Under the pieces are notes generated by a model that saw nothing but the letters and a program-made list of their open reading frames with translations, had not been told where the DNA came from and did not search any database. From Heterodontus francisci (lineage: Eukaryota), in NCBI RefSeq assembly GCF_036365525.1, contig NW_027141511.1, positions 744,001 to 808,000 on the forward strand: a DNA stretch of 64,000 bases, in the 5' to 3' direction. How positions within the stretch are numbered: position 1 is the first letter of the stretch; each line of letters begins with the position of its first letter. This document shows positions 36,528 to 48,702 of the stretch, in pieces. Position numbers and translations under genes: made by a program.

Positions 36528-38128
36528 GTGAGGGTGCCAATATGAATAAAATGGAAATATTTCCTCGAGTCTCGATGTGCTGGGGACTGCAAATATTTCG
36601 AAGTTTTTTTCTAATCTATTTACGGTCGAAGCACTGTGAAAGGTTTCCCTCTAGCCTCCTTTGGAGAGAGAGTGCAGAAATATTGAGGACATAACTCCTC
36701 ATCCATGCGCGTTAGGGACACTGTAGATTAGTTTGAAGAATCCCTCTGCTATCTATGTGGGTCGATTCTCGCTGCGTGTGTAAATTGTTAAACAGCCTCC
36801 TAAGCAGCCTTAAACTTTGCATAAACTGCTGTTCCAATTGGGGCACGTGACTGCATCTAACTGTAAATTGATCATAGGTGCTATTATTGTGTGCTGCCAT
36901 TTTTCCATGACGCGTTCATCTCTTTCTAACTTACAGTTCTCTTGCACGCAAATAACCATCTCGCTGTTTTTCATTGCATAGCACAGATTGATGTTCTTGG
37001 TACTTAGCGATAAGGGAAAACATTCCTTCGTTTCTTCTCATCATGGAGCAAAATCAAGGACTAGTGAGAAAAGCACCGAAATCAGCTAGAATTTAGCGCC
37101 TCTTTAATCACCTATTTTCAATGATGTTTTCAGTGGAAATATTGTTTTTTCTTTCATGAGGAATCGAATCAGTATCATGCAAAAATTGATATGCATTTGT
37201 TTTTGGTGAAAAAGTGAGTCATCAACATCAAACACACCCGGTTACTTATAGCATCGACTCCAACCAGCAGCTGAATGAACAATCCGAATCATTTGGCATG
37301 ATCCAGAAGACACATGGACTAAAGGCAGACTGGACAATATTTGTGCTTCAGTTTAATAATTCAGTGAACTGTTTGCCATGACCTGTTCTACCAGTGTCAT
37401 CGCTTTCATAAAAAAACCTGTATTCTAAGGCTAAAAATAAATATTCGGAATAATACCAAATTTAATCCGGGGCGGATTTTTACTTTTACACCCGGGTGGG
37501 AAATGGACGGGAGGCCTCGGCTCAGAAGAAAACATCCAGGGAAATGTTCACTTCCATTGAGCTCAGTTAATAAATCCACTGACCCCTAACACTGGCGAAT
37601 TTGGCTTTTGATAAAAATCCGGGCCTATCCCCCACAATTGGAATAAATGGTTTCGACTTGAACCCATGTCAATTTCATTCCAATTCCGCCCAGGTGAATG
37701 GTTCAGAATTGCTATCATCCAGGATCTTCCCACATTGATCAGCTTCTCGGGGCCTATTGATTCAAACACGGTCATCTGTATATTTTCCAGCAGAACTTTC
37801 ATTTACCACAATAACCCAAGATCATTTAACACGTCCCAGAACTTGCATCGAAATTGAAAAAAAAAACACTGCAACATTTGGTAGAATTTTGGATTATTTC
37901 AGCCAAATGACGGCGCTTGTAAAGAGTTAATTCAACTGGGGAAAGAGGCAGCTTAACACAGCGTTAAATGATTCCTAGTTCTGACGATGCAGAGGCACGA
38001 TGTAGCACTAACTAACGAAGATGAGGAAACCACAAGTCTATGCGCTGCAGCAGCCACATTAACTGAAGTGACAGAACTGCAGAATTCAACTCGTATTAGT
38101 ATCCAGATGGCTAAATATGTGCGAAATG

Positions 38129-38157
38129 TGATTCAGAGGTGTCTGCATGCGTGGGCG
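38129..38157 (+). promoter_or_regulatory. AP-1-like + EGR motif module, copy 2; candidate promoter of the Siglec-like gene
   Basis: TGATTCA (38129-38135), 13-nt spacer, GCGTGGGCG (38149-38157), about 360 bp upstream of the ATG. Function is inferred. Confidence 0.55.
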
Positions 38158-38513
38158 GCACCGTTCAGATGCAGCTTCCAATACATTTGTTTCACTTAGT
38201 GCCTGTGTGTTTGAGCTGGGGGAGGGGGGAGAGGAGATATTTGTTTCTGAACCGAACATTCTTTAACAACTGTTAAACGCACCAAAGCATCATACTCAAT
38301 AATAGTGGGGTAAGCTGCCTACCTCGCTAACGAAGCTGAGTAAGTAAGCACAGTTCGGTAAGCTCTGAACACCTGAATTCCCAGACAGTCTGAAGCTGAT
38401 TAGTCAAGAAATACAAAGATGTGACTGGCAAGAGCAATGCAGAAACGTGAATATTCTGAATAGTGAAATAAGTTCTCATTATTTTGACAGTGAAATTGGC
38501 AATTGCTCCAGCC

Positions 38514-38556
38514 ATGAGGAGTTGCGTGTTTGCTTCCCTCATGACCTTGACACAAG
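38514..38556 (+). CDS. Siglec/MAG-like receptor, coding exon 1 (signal peptide MRSCVFASLMTLTQ)
   Basis: GCCATGA start context, upstream acceptor AG at 38489-38490, donor GT at 38557. 43 nt, phase 1, in frame with the V exon. Confidence 0.8.
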
Positions 38557-39158
38557 GTACATTTCTGATGTTTTTATAATTCCTACAGCGGGTTATTTAT
38601 ATTTTATAGGAAAAGAACAGGATTCACACAATATAAATGATTTCTGGTTATTGATTTTTAACCTGGTGGAATGGTAATTTCTTGAATGATTTATTGCTGT
38701 ATTGTTTTTGCCTATTCAATTAACTTTGAGGTCCAGGGCTTTTCAAATTGTATTTAATGAGCATGGCGGTGCACAACTGAAAGCATTTTAATTCATATTT
38801 ATTGATCAATTGAAACAATTTAATGCAGGTTTTGATCAATGCTTCAATTAATATTTAATGAGCATTTTCGGGCATTCACTTCCTCGTTAGTGCGTACGTA
38901 TTCGGTTTTTAGATGAATATTGAATCTGCATATTATTGGTTCATAAATCTTCTATCAAACAGGTATTCCATCGCACAATTTAGTAGGTGTTGTGATTCAT
39001 GTTTTATGAATATTTTGCCTTGATTTGAAAAAGGCCTTAACTGATACTTAACTTGCTGTTGAGATGTGTTTTGTCAATTAGGAAATCTGTTAATGAATGT
39101 TTAAGATGTTGCAATCCATTTTTAATGAAAAATTAAAGGGAGTCTATTTTTTTCTCAG

Positions 39159-39539
39159 TGATTTGTAGTGCTCAATGTTCTGTGACGATTCCAAAGGTTC
39201 TGCCAGCGGTGTTGGGTTCATGTGCAGAGATCCGGTGTACGTTTGAAAATCCAGTCTACAACAACAGACTAAACGGGAGATGGTTAAAGTGGGGCGCTGG
39301 TCCTGGTGAACACGGCGGCTCCATTATTTATGATTCGAAAGATCCACACCATCAGCATTCTAACTATGTCGGGAGAGCTGAGTTCAAGGGCAACCTTGCA
39401 ACAAATCAATGCTCCCTCCTGATAAAGAATATCAAGAAGAGCGATCGCGGCACATATCAATTCATCCTGGAAATGCCTTGGGGCTGGCCTATTAGAAAAT
39501 ATCGCAGGGAGCTGTCCCCTGTTTCTCTTTCTGTTTCAG
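39159..39539 (+). CDS. Siglec/MAG-like receptor, exon 2 (V-set Ig domain)
   Basis: Siglec-type pattern VLGSCAEIRCTF...W...GNLATNQCSLLIKNIKKSDRGTYQF. Acceptor TTTCTCAG, donor G|GTGAAT, 381 nt, phase 1/1. Confidence 0.92.
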
Positions 39540-40751
39540 GTGAATGCTCTCTTTGTTCCTTTTGCACATTTTCTCTCCATTGGATCAATATAAATCAAAT
39601 GACGTGAAAAGTAGGCAAATATTGCAAAGTCTGTGGCCGAGTAAAGAAGATTTTTGAAACACGGGATGACTGGGTAGCGATAACAGTGCAGTGGTGCATA
39701 TCATAAATACATAAATATAGAGAAATGACAGCAGTAAAAATAGCGTTTGAACTTAGCCAGTCCGTGTTGTTGTTTATCCTCCACATGAACAACATTCCTA
39801 ATCGCATGTGCCTGCTCATTTCACATAGAAGTTCCAATTCATTTTTACCATTCCAACCTATTCCTAAATGTTCAATTCCTAATTTATTTGCAACATGGTG
39901 ACTGAACGTGAAACCGGGGTTGTTGGTCGAATGTATAATATAAAAGCCAGCAGGTCATTATTTACATTGAAATCGGGGATTGCTGGAATGGGTGGCTGAT
40001 CGGGACTGCCAGTTTTGACGGCAATTCAAATTCTATCACAGTCTGATTCTATCTCCGTTGATCCAGCTACTTCATAAGTTTAAGCACTTATGTTAAATTA
40101 TCCCAAACTCTATTTTACTCTAATATCTGTCCCAGTTTTAAGGCTTTGTAAACTTCCTCAAAGGAGCCAGACCCACACCAATACGCTCTGTAGCCTTGCT
40201 ATAGATTGGAGCGAGAATGACCAGGTCTAGTTGTCTGGCACAAGACGATGTTACCCGTCGTTTTTTTTCTGGTCTATTCATTTCTTGAGCATCACCTTTG
40301 TATAGTGACTGTTCTTTGCAACAGATTCTTGGATTTGTCTCTATCTGCCGAAGTCACCATCACACTAGGAAGAGCTGGTCAAAAAATAGAAAGGAGGCAA
40401 ATGAGTAGATTAAATATTCGTGATATTAATGGAGGTAATGCTGATTCTAACTGCAGTTTGCAAAGCTGTTCCACTTGTCTCCACCAAATCAGCTCCACCA
40501 CCTGAATAATGCAGTTGATGAAACATGTAATGATTCATTAAGTGGAGCTATATATTGCTGGATGAGGCATTACTACTTCATAACTCAAAGGAATAATTCA
40601 GAACAGCTAACTCGCTCATAAGACATAACTGACAGAAAATAATGAAATGTGACTTTAAAAAGATGCTTTCCGAGATTTACTCGGGGCAGATCACCTCCCA
40701 GTTTTAAGATTGAAATGAACCTGACATGCACCTTATCTCCTGTTCTTATAG

Positions 40752-41069
40752 AAAAGCCAAGGATTTCAGGTTTTGCCGAACTGATTGCTGCACGAACTGC
40801 ACGACTGACCTGTTCAATCACCGACAGCTGCCCGAATAGCAACCTGAACGTGAAGTGGATTCATTACAGTGCGCCCCTTCCTCTTGCATGGGATACTAAT
40901 GATGGTGCAGAAATAATCAACAATTGGTCACATTCTCGGAGAATTTCATCCGTGCTCACCTTCACTCCATCATTTGCTCAACACGGAAACATTCTGGGAT
41001 GCACAATTATAATTGATGGCTTCCAATCTTCTTCTTCTTCAACACAAACCCTGACCTTGCAGGTTAAAT
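40752..41069 (+). CDS. Siglec/MAG-like receptor, exon 3 (C2-set Ig domain)
   Basis: EKPRISG...ARLTCSITDSCP...VKW...SSVLTFTPSFAQHGNILGC, a Siglec domain-2 pattern. AG/GT boundaries, 318 nt. Confidence 0.92.
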
Positions 41070-41589
41070 GTAAGTGTTTGTTCCAAAATTAATAGATATA
41101 ATTTGTCGGCCAACTAGTTCAATATTTGTATTTCCATCACAATTAATTTATTAAGGATTTGGTACCCTATCACAGAATGCATCGAGTTACCATCCGCCCC
41201 TGTACTGTGAGAATTTATGCCGATAATCGATGAAGCGGAATGGCACTCAGTCTCACTCTGCAAGGATGAGTCAGACCCGGAAAACAATTCAGGAGCCTTT
41301 AAGAGTTTGGATTATTTGATTGCTAATTCTTAAACGAAGGCCTTCCAGCGTCGTTGTGAGTTTAGTCAGTCATAAGGTGACACAAATGAAAGGCACTGCC
41401 GAGTAGGAGACAGAAGCTGGTCTCTGATTTGAAGCCCGATTTCAGCTCTCGTTGGCCTTCGGAATGGGCCTGAATAAGGTACCAGTATCACTACAAAAGT
41501 GGAGACAAAAAGGGAGGAGCAACTTCTCAGGGAAAAAAGTCATTCTATAGCTTTAAACTGTGATTCATACTCGTCCTCTTTTTACCTAA

Positions 41590-42020
41590 TGAAATGAAGA
41601 ACGGTTGAGCAGGTTGAGTCGATACCCATTGGAGTTTAGAAGAATGGGAGGTGATCTTATTGAAACACAAAAGATCCTGAGGGGACTTCACAGGGTACAT
41701 GCTGAGAGGGTGTTTCCCCTTGTGAGGGAGTCTAGAACTAGGGAACACGGTTGAAATATTAGGGGCCTCTCGTTTAAGACTAAGATAAGGAGAAATCCTT
41801 TCTCTCAGACGATCGTTAGATTGTGGAATACTCTTCCCCGGAGGGAAGTGGAGGCTACATCATTGAATACATTCAAGGCTAAGTTAGTTCAATGTTTGAT
41901 CCACAAGGGTCATGGGGGGCAGGCAAGGAAGTGGAGTTGAGGCCACAATCAGATCAGTTAGATCTGATCGAATGGTGGAGCAGATCCAGGGGCCGAATGG
42001 CCTACTTCTGCTCCTAATTC
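41590..42020 (+). mobile_element. CR1 3' fragment (intronic)
   Basis: TTGGAGTTTAGAAGAATGGGAGGTGATCTTATTGAAAC...GGCCGAATGGCCTACTTCTGCTCCT. Confidence 0.8.
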
Positions 42021-42571
42021 AACCTTGAGAACTGACATTGCGCACTTTGATGCACAAAAATTATCCAAAATTAAAATCGAACAAAAAAGCTGCTAACTCA
42101 GACTCTGTTCGTTGTACAAATGTTGAGCTAACAACGTCATATTTAAAGAATTAGTCTTTTAAAATGTCGTCATGTTAACTGGGCGTCTGCAGAAGAATAT
42201 TTTAAATATCACAACAAAGGAAGAACATAATACATCCAGTGAAGGAAATAAAAATAAAATGGATGGACATTTTAAAACACTGACATGTCAGTCATATTGT
42301 AGATGAATTATGCACAATAACACCCAAATTCCCTCCATCAGAGGAAGCCCCACAATATTTCCCTGCAAAAGTATGGTTGCACTGAACACTCACTGGATTC
42401 AACATGAAGCTGTAACTAACGTGCTACCCTGTTTTAAATGTAAATGTCATAATCTATCTTAAATTATTTCATGTTAAAATAGTAGCTGCTGGAACCATTA
42501 TGGTCAGTTCAAAAACTGAATGTATTTGTCTTTGGAGACTGTGGTTGTGAAAGTAATCATTTATTTTTCAG

Positions 42572-42859
42572 ATAAACCCACAATAGTGGCAGGCCCGATC
42601 TGCACTAGGTCTGAGAATGGGACAATTTGTAGCTGCCAGATCAGAAGCAATCCACTGGCTAATATTACATGGGACCTCAATGGGAAAATTATCACTGGGA
42701 ACACGTCAGATGTGGAAGTCTTCTCCTGGGCGGTGAATAGTTACCACATGCAGAGCTCCCTGAGACTGATTCACTCAGCTGGAACTGGAAACACGATTTC
42801 ATGTGCTGCAGCAAACAAGCACGGTGATTGTATCAGCACATCCCAGCTCCACTCTGAGG
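42572..42859 (+). CDS. Siglec/MAG-like receptor, exon 4 (membrane-proximal Ig domain)
   Basis: YKPTIVAGPICTRSENGTICSCQIRSNPLANITW...ISCAAANKHG, resembling the membrane-proximal domains of MAG/Siglecs. 288 nt, AG/GT boundaries. Confidence 0.9.
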
Positions 42860-43491
42860 GTACGTGTTTAATTTCTCTGCAATTTGAACACTATACGGGA
42901 GTTGGTCATCACTGGTCAGTCATTAACTGAACGGTGTTAGAGTCAGCAGGTTAAGACTGAATTTGTCCCTAATTAGTGTCAAGAGTTCACTCTATCACTG
43001 TTGAGTCTCATACTGAATGGTCCGGTGGTTAACTGCATTCTAGCTTTTTGTATGTGCATGCTTTCTTTCTGTTGTTCAGATTAAGTTGAGTACAGATAAC
43101 AGATATTTGTTAAACTAAGCGAAATTCCATTATTTTCATATATTATAGACCTTTCGTCTGTAACTGATAGTGTTGGCGGGTCTACATTCTAATTAAAGTA
43201 TGTCCACAGTTTTTCGAAGTGAAAGTTTGTAGACCCTTAATTTGTCAGTTGTGACTTGCACATCATGAACCTTTAATTATTTATTGTAAACCTAAGCCAG
43301 TGAGCAAGTTCGAAATATGGAGTTTTTAAAGAAAAATCAGCAGACAGGGACAAGTGGAGTACCTCAGTCACCATTAGCTTTGCGATCCAAATACAAAGGA
43401 AGCATCCTTCTTTGGACTCAAATATGTTTCCACAGTAGATATTTTGAACCCAATATGCTAATATACATCAGTGTATTTTCCAACATTTTAG

Positions 43492-43585
43492 GTCTGATCT
43501 CTCGGACAAACATCTGCAGAATAGGAGGAGGGGCCTGTGGACTTGTTATTTTAACTGCAATCGTGCTCATGGTGAAGATACAAAA
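43492..43585 (+). CDS. Siglec/MAG-like receptor, exon 5 (transmembrane)
   Basis: GLISRTNICRIGGGACGLVILTAIVLMVKIQK. Acceptor TTTTAG, donor GTATGT, phase 1 to 2. Confidence 0.85.
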
Positions 43586-43639
43586 GTATGTGTGTTTCTA
43601 AATTGCATAAACTGGAGATTTAAAGGGGATTTCCACAAA

Positions 43640-44250
43640 GAGTCATGAGTTATACAGCAGACAAACAGGCCCTTCGGCCCATCGTGTCTGTGCCGGCCAT
43701 CAAACACCTATCCATTCTAATCCCATTTTCCAGTACTTGGCCCGGAACCTTGTATGCTGTGGCGTATCAAGGGCATATCTCAAAAGTTCTTAAATGTTGC
43801 GAGGGTTCCAGCCTTTCCCACAACTTCAGGTAGTGTGTTTCAGATTCCAACTAACTACTGGGTGAAAAAAATCGTCAAATCCCCTGTGAACCTCCTGCAC
43901 CTTAACGTAAATCTATGCCCCTTGGTTATTGATTCCCTCTTTTAAGGGAAAGCGTTTCTTCCTAACTATCCTATCAAAGACGCTAATAATTTTGCATACC
44001 TCAATTAGGTCTCCCCTCAGCCTTCTCTGCTCCAAGGAAAACAACCTTAGCCTATCCAATCTCTCTTCATAGCTAAAATGCTGCAGCCCAGGCAACATCC
44101 TGGTGAATCGCCTCTGCACCTCCTGCAGTGCAATTAGTGTGGCGACTAGAACTGTACACAGTACTCCAGCTGTGGCCTAACTAGCGTCTTATACAGCTCC
44201 ATCATTACCTCCATGCACCTATATTCTATGTCTCAGCTAATAAAGGCCAC
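43640..44250 (-). mobile_element. CR1 3' fragment (intronic)
   Basis: [40 protein letters not shown]. Same subfamily as 61365-63235. Confidence 0.87.
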
Positions 44251-44434
44251 TTAAATAACAACCCCCTGATAAATGTGACCATCTGTGGGAGTTGGAGCAG
44301 TGTTGTGAAAGTAGAAGATGGTGTGCGGGAAGTGGAAGTGTGGCCACTGCACACTACCGATTGTCTCACATCTCCCAGCATCGATTACAGTGTTCTGTTA
44401 ATAAATGCCAGGATCAGACTGTCTTTGCATTCTT

Positions 44435-45215
44435 CCTGAAGGAAAGCTTTCACTGGAAGCACATTGTAAACAGAGTAAACAGTAATTTCAATCAACTTGG
44501 AGCCGGTCACCTTTGTCAAGGTAATTATCAGCCTGATCATTTCAAAGCAGGGAGTCTCTCCAGAGCTTTTAAGAAGATAGCTCGTCAAGCCAAATAGCTG
44601 AAATTGTCGTGAGTTTTTTTTTAATACCTGTTTAAAGAGGCCATTTTTGAACTTGTGATGACAGCGACTTCTGTCCCGGCGAGTGTTTTCACCACCCCTG
44701 CATTCTACAGAAAGTGTGTAGCATTCCCGAAGAACAAGCACAGAATGCTGTTCAGTTTGTTTCAGCTGCTGCTTTTCTCGGGCACCCCCGTGTAAGTCTC
44801 CTTGACATGTTAAGGTCTCAGCATAACAATATACTAGAATGACACTCAACCTCTAACGATCAAGCGATTCCATCAGACAGTGAAATAATAAGAAAATAGT
44901 AGAAATAACGAGAGACAGATGTTTTCCGTAGTTGTTAAGTGTGTTTGACTCCAGGAGCAGAAGATTTTATTTCAAAATTGGGTGCGACAGATCTGCGAAA
45001 GTATGATGAAATAATGAATTCTGTTGGGTTTGCTAACCTATTCTTAAAAGTGAATTAAACTATTTGGCCTGACTAGCTCTCTTTGAATACTCGAGACAGA
45101 CTCCCTGCTTTTAAATTGCCGGACTGAAAATGACCTTCAAAAAAGTGACTGGCTCCAAGTTAATTCAAATTACTCTGTTTGGTTTACAATGTGCTGCCAA
45201 TCAAATGTATCGTTC
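44435..45215. mobile_element. Foldback/MITE-like element with about 170-bp imperfect terminal inverted repeats
   Basis: 44450-44600 (GCACATTGTAAAC...AACTTGGAGCCGGTCAC...AAAGCAGGGAGTCT...GCCAAATAG) is the reverse complement of 45058-45200. No transposase ORF lies between them. Confidence 0.7.
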
Positions 45216-45269
45216 GACAAACCACACTCGATGTTTGCTATTGAAATCAATGACGTGACTCCTCATGTC

Positions 45270-45990
45270 GGCAGTTTTGAGGTTGTGCAAAAACAGAGTG
45301 AACTGGCGGTGTTTGTGCACAGATCTTCTAATGTGGCTGGATAGGTTTACAAAGCCCTTAATGAAGAGGGATCCTGCCTGGGCTTTATAAATAGCGGCAC
45401 AGAGTACAAAATCAAGGATGTTATGCTAAACCCATAGAAAAACTGTGTCGACCCCAACTACAGTATTCTGCCCAATTGCAGAAACCACTCTTGCAGAAGT
45501 ACGGGAATGTTTTGGACACGGTACAAAAAATGATTTACTAGAATGGTTCCTGGGATGAGTGATAACCGTTACAATGATAGTTTGGAAATACTCGGGTTCT
45601 TGTCTTTATAGCACAGTAGCTTGAGAAGACATTTGATTTATTTGTTTCAAATCATGACAGGTTTAGATACAATAAATAAAGATAAACTGTTTCCAATGGT
45701 TGAAACGTCGTTCATGAGAGATTGCAGATTTAAGGTGAGTAGTAAAGTGTCAGAGATAAGACGAGGAAAGAATTGTAAGGTAACCAGTGCTTACAATTTG
45801 GAATGCAATGCCTGAAAGGGTGGTGGATACAGATTCAGTAGTAGCCTTTGAAAAGGATTGGGATAAATTCTTGAAAGAAAAATATGCAGGGATTTGGGTC
45901 AAGTGTTCGGAGTGGGATTCAAGAGAGCTGGTTCATTACGCAGTGGGCCGAATGGCCTCCATCTCTGCTGCTTCTCTATCATTCTATGTA
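45270..45990 (+). mobile_element. Old CR1 3' fragment
   Basis: Degenerate RRHLIYLFQIMTGLD, WNAMPERVV; 3' GGGCCGAATGGCCTCC. Confidence 0.75.
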
Positions 45991-46369
45991 TATATTTCTC
46001 CCATCAACATACCAGCAGAGGGGAATGTGTTTTCCCGCTGAAACGCTTCCACCTGCTATTTAGCAAGATGCTAAATTATTGAATGAGCCTCCTATACCCG
46101 TTCGTTAGCACAATTTATTTCATCTGCAGCAGACAGCACCTCGCCTTTCGCGGGCTTCATAGGAAAAGTAGACAAATCGCTTTTGAAATCTGGACAGGTA
46201 TTCATTGAAAAGAATCCGGTATTGGAGCTGGTCGGTGCTAGTTAGGAAACGTAAAAGGCACAAGTCTGTCCTGATTGACTGATGTCCTTCTTCTTAAGTT
46301 ACAGTATACATTAAATAAATATCCAAGTTAATAATAGGAAGCCCATCATTTTTATGTGTTATTATTTAG

Positions 46370-46457
46370 GAAGAAGCGTACTGACACTGCATGTGTCTCA
46401 GAAAGGGATGGTGATGCGGTGATTTACAGTACAGTGCAGATCGTGTCAAACGCTGGG
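46370..46457 (+). CDS. Siglec/MAG-like receptor, exon 6 (cytoplasmic, ITIM VIYSTV)
   Basis: Acceptor TTATTTAG, donor GTAAGT, phase 2 to 0. Translation KKRTDTACVSERDGDAVIYSTVQIVSNAG. Confidence 0.85.
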
Positions 46458-46879
46458 GTAAGTGATGCAGAGCTGCAATGACAATTATGGGATGTTTGGT
46501 CTCTTTTCAACCAGCAAGTAACACATGCAAAGCAAAACACAACAGATGAATGGGAGTTTCAGAAACGTGGTCGCTGCTATTCTGAAGAGAAGAGTAGTCA
46601 CTAAGTGTGAAGTATTTCTATGGCCTCTGTAGTTAGTGACCTGTTACTCACGTGGGCGATTCTACACTAAACAAACTGGTTCAAACAGAATGTTAGCCAC
46701 AACTCAGTTTAATCCCTTCCCTTTGACATTTTGCCTCAAGGTTAAATGCTCAACGTGGTCTCAGAAGGTTTCAGAGGTCCCAGAAGGGATGCACATTACT
46801 CACAATTATATGCAATTTCCACTGGCATCTTCGTGTCTATATGGCTAAGTTGTCCCTCAACTTACACTCTGCAGAATTT

Positions 46880-47000
46880 GCCTTCAAGCTTCGCTCCAGC
46901 TTTGAAACATAAAATCTAGGCAGAAAATACAATGCAGCATTGATTGAGTGCTGCATTGCTGGAGATCCCGTCCTTTGGATGAGCCTCAAAATGTGCTCCT
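46880..47000 (+). mobile_element. DeuSINE fragment
   Basis: AAAATCTAGGC...GAGTGCTGCATTGCTGGAGATCCCGTCCTTTGGATGAG, similar to 59155-59235. Confidence 0.55.
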
Positions 47001-47024
47001 TTTGCTTCTTGCTTAAACATAAGA

Positions 47025-48302
47025 AAAAAACAATAGAAGCAGTAGTAGACCGTTCGACCCCTCAAACCTGATCCAACATTCAATAAGGTCATGGCGGACC
47101 TGACTGTGACCTTAACCCCACTTTTCTGCCTGCCCCATAACCTTAGATTTCCTTGTGAACCAAAAGTCTGTCCAACTCAGCATTGAATATATTCAATGAC
47201 CCAGCATCCACTGCTCTCTGGGGAAGAGAATTCCAAAGATTAAAAACCCTTTGAGAGAAGAAATTCCTCCTCATTTCCGTCATAAAAGTAAGATACTTGA
47301 AACTGTGCTCCCGAGTTCTAGATTCCCCATGAAGGGAAATATCATCACAGCATCTATCCTGTCATGCCTCCTCAGAATCCTGTATGTTTTAATAAGATCA
47401 CCTCTCATTCTTCTAAACGCCAATGAGTATAGGTCCAATCTGATCAATCTTTCCTCATAAGACAACATCTTATTCCTTGGAATCAGCCTCGTGAACCTTC
47501 CCTGAACAGCTTACTCGTTAGGTAAGAAGACCAAATCTGTCCGCAGTCCTCTAGGTGCAGTCTCACCAATGCCTAAACAGTTGTATCAAAACATTCCTAC
47601 TTTTTTACTCATCACCCTTGCAATAAATGTTAATTAATTCCTATACCTGCATGCTAACATTTTGTCATTCATATACATGGGCACCCAGATCCCTCTGCAA
47701 TGCAGCTTTCTCTCATCACTCTCCATGTAAATAATATGCTGTTTTTCTTTTCTTCCCATCAAAGTGGGCAACGGTACACTTTCCCACACTATCCTCCATC
47801 TGCCAAAGTTTTTCCCACTCACTTAACCGATCTATATCTACTTGCAGGCACTTTTTGTCTTCCTGACAATTGGCCATCCTACCTATCTTTGTATCATCCG
47901 CAAATTTGGCTGCAGTACACTCGGTCCCTTCATCAAAGTCATTGATATAGATCAAAAATAATTGAGGGCCCAGCACAGATCGCTGTGACACCCCACGAGT
48001 TACAGTTGGCCAAACTGAAAATGCCCCATATATCCCTGCTCTCTGTTTCCTGTTACTTCGCCAATCCTCTATCCATGCTAATATATTACCCCCAAACCAT
48101 GATCTTTTATCTTATGTTCTAACCTTTTATACGCCACTTCATCAAATGCTTTTTGGAAATCCAAATACACTACATCTACCAGCTTCCTGTTATCCACCCC
48201 GCTTGTTCTCTTCTCAAAAAACTTTAATAATTTTTCAAGCACGATTTTTCATTCATAAAACCATGTTGACTCTTCCGCATTGCATTATGATTTTCTAACT
48301 GT
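47025..48302 (-). mobile_element. CR1 ORF2 3' half, degenerate
   Basis: SQHGFMNEKSCL, SVLGPQLFLIYIND, KFADDTKIG, RRMRGDLIKTYRIL. Confidence 0.87.
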
Positions 48303-48702
48303 CCTTTTTTTAATTCTTTCATGGGATGGGGTTGTCGCTGGCATGGCCAGCATGTGTTGCCCGTCCCAAATTTCCCTTGACAATTGAATGGCTTGCTTGG
48401 CCATTTCGGAGCGCAGTTAAGAGTCAACAACATTGCTGTGGGAGTGTAGTCCCAAGTAAGCCAGACCAGGTGAGGACGGCAGATTTACTTCCCTATAAGA
48501 CATTAGTGAACCAGATGGGTTTTGCAACAATCGATGATAGATTCGTAGCACCATTACTGAGACTAGCTTTCAATTTCAGATTGATTATGGAATTTAAATT
48601 CCAACAGCATTCACGGTGGGATTAGATCCCGTGTCCCCAGGCATTAACCTGGGCCTCTGGCTTATTAGTGCAGTGTCTTTATCACCCTGCCACCGTCTCC
48701 CC
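48303..48702 (-). mobile_element. tRNA-derived SINE (LINE head joined to LINE tail)
   Basis: Reverse complement of the 36164-36527 structure, with the head at 48610-48702 and the tail at 48303-48385. Confidence 0.83.
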
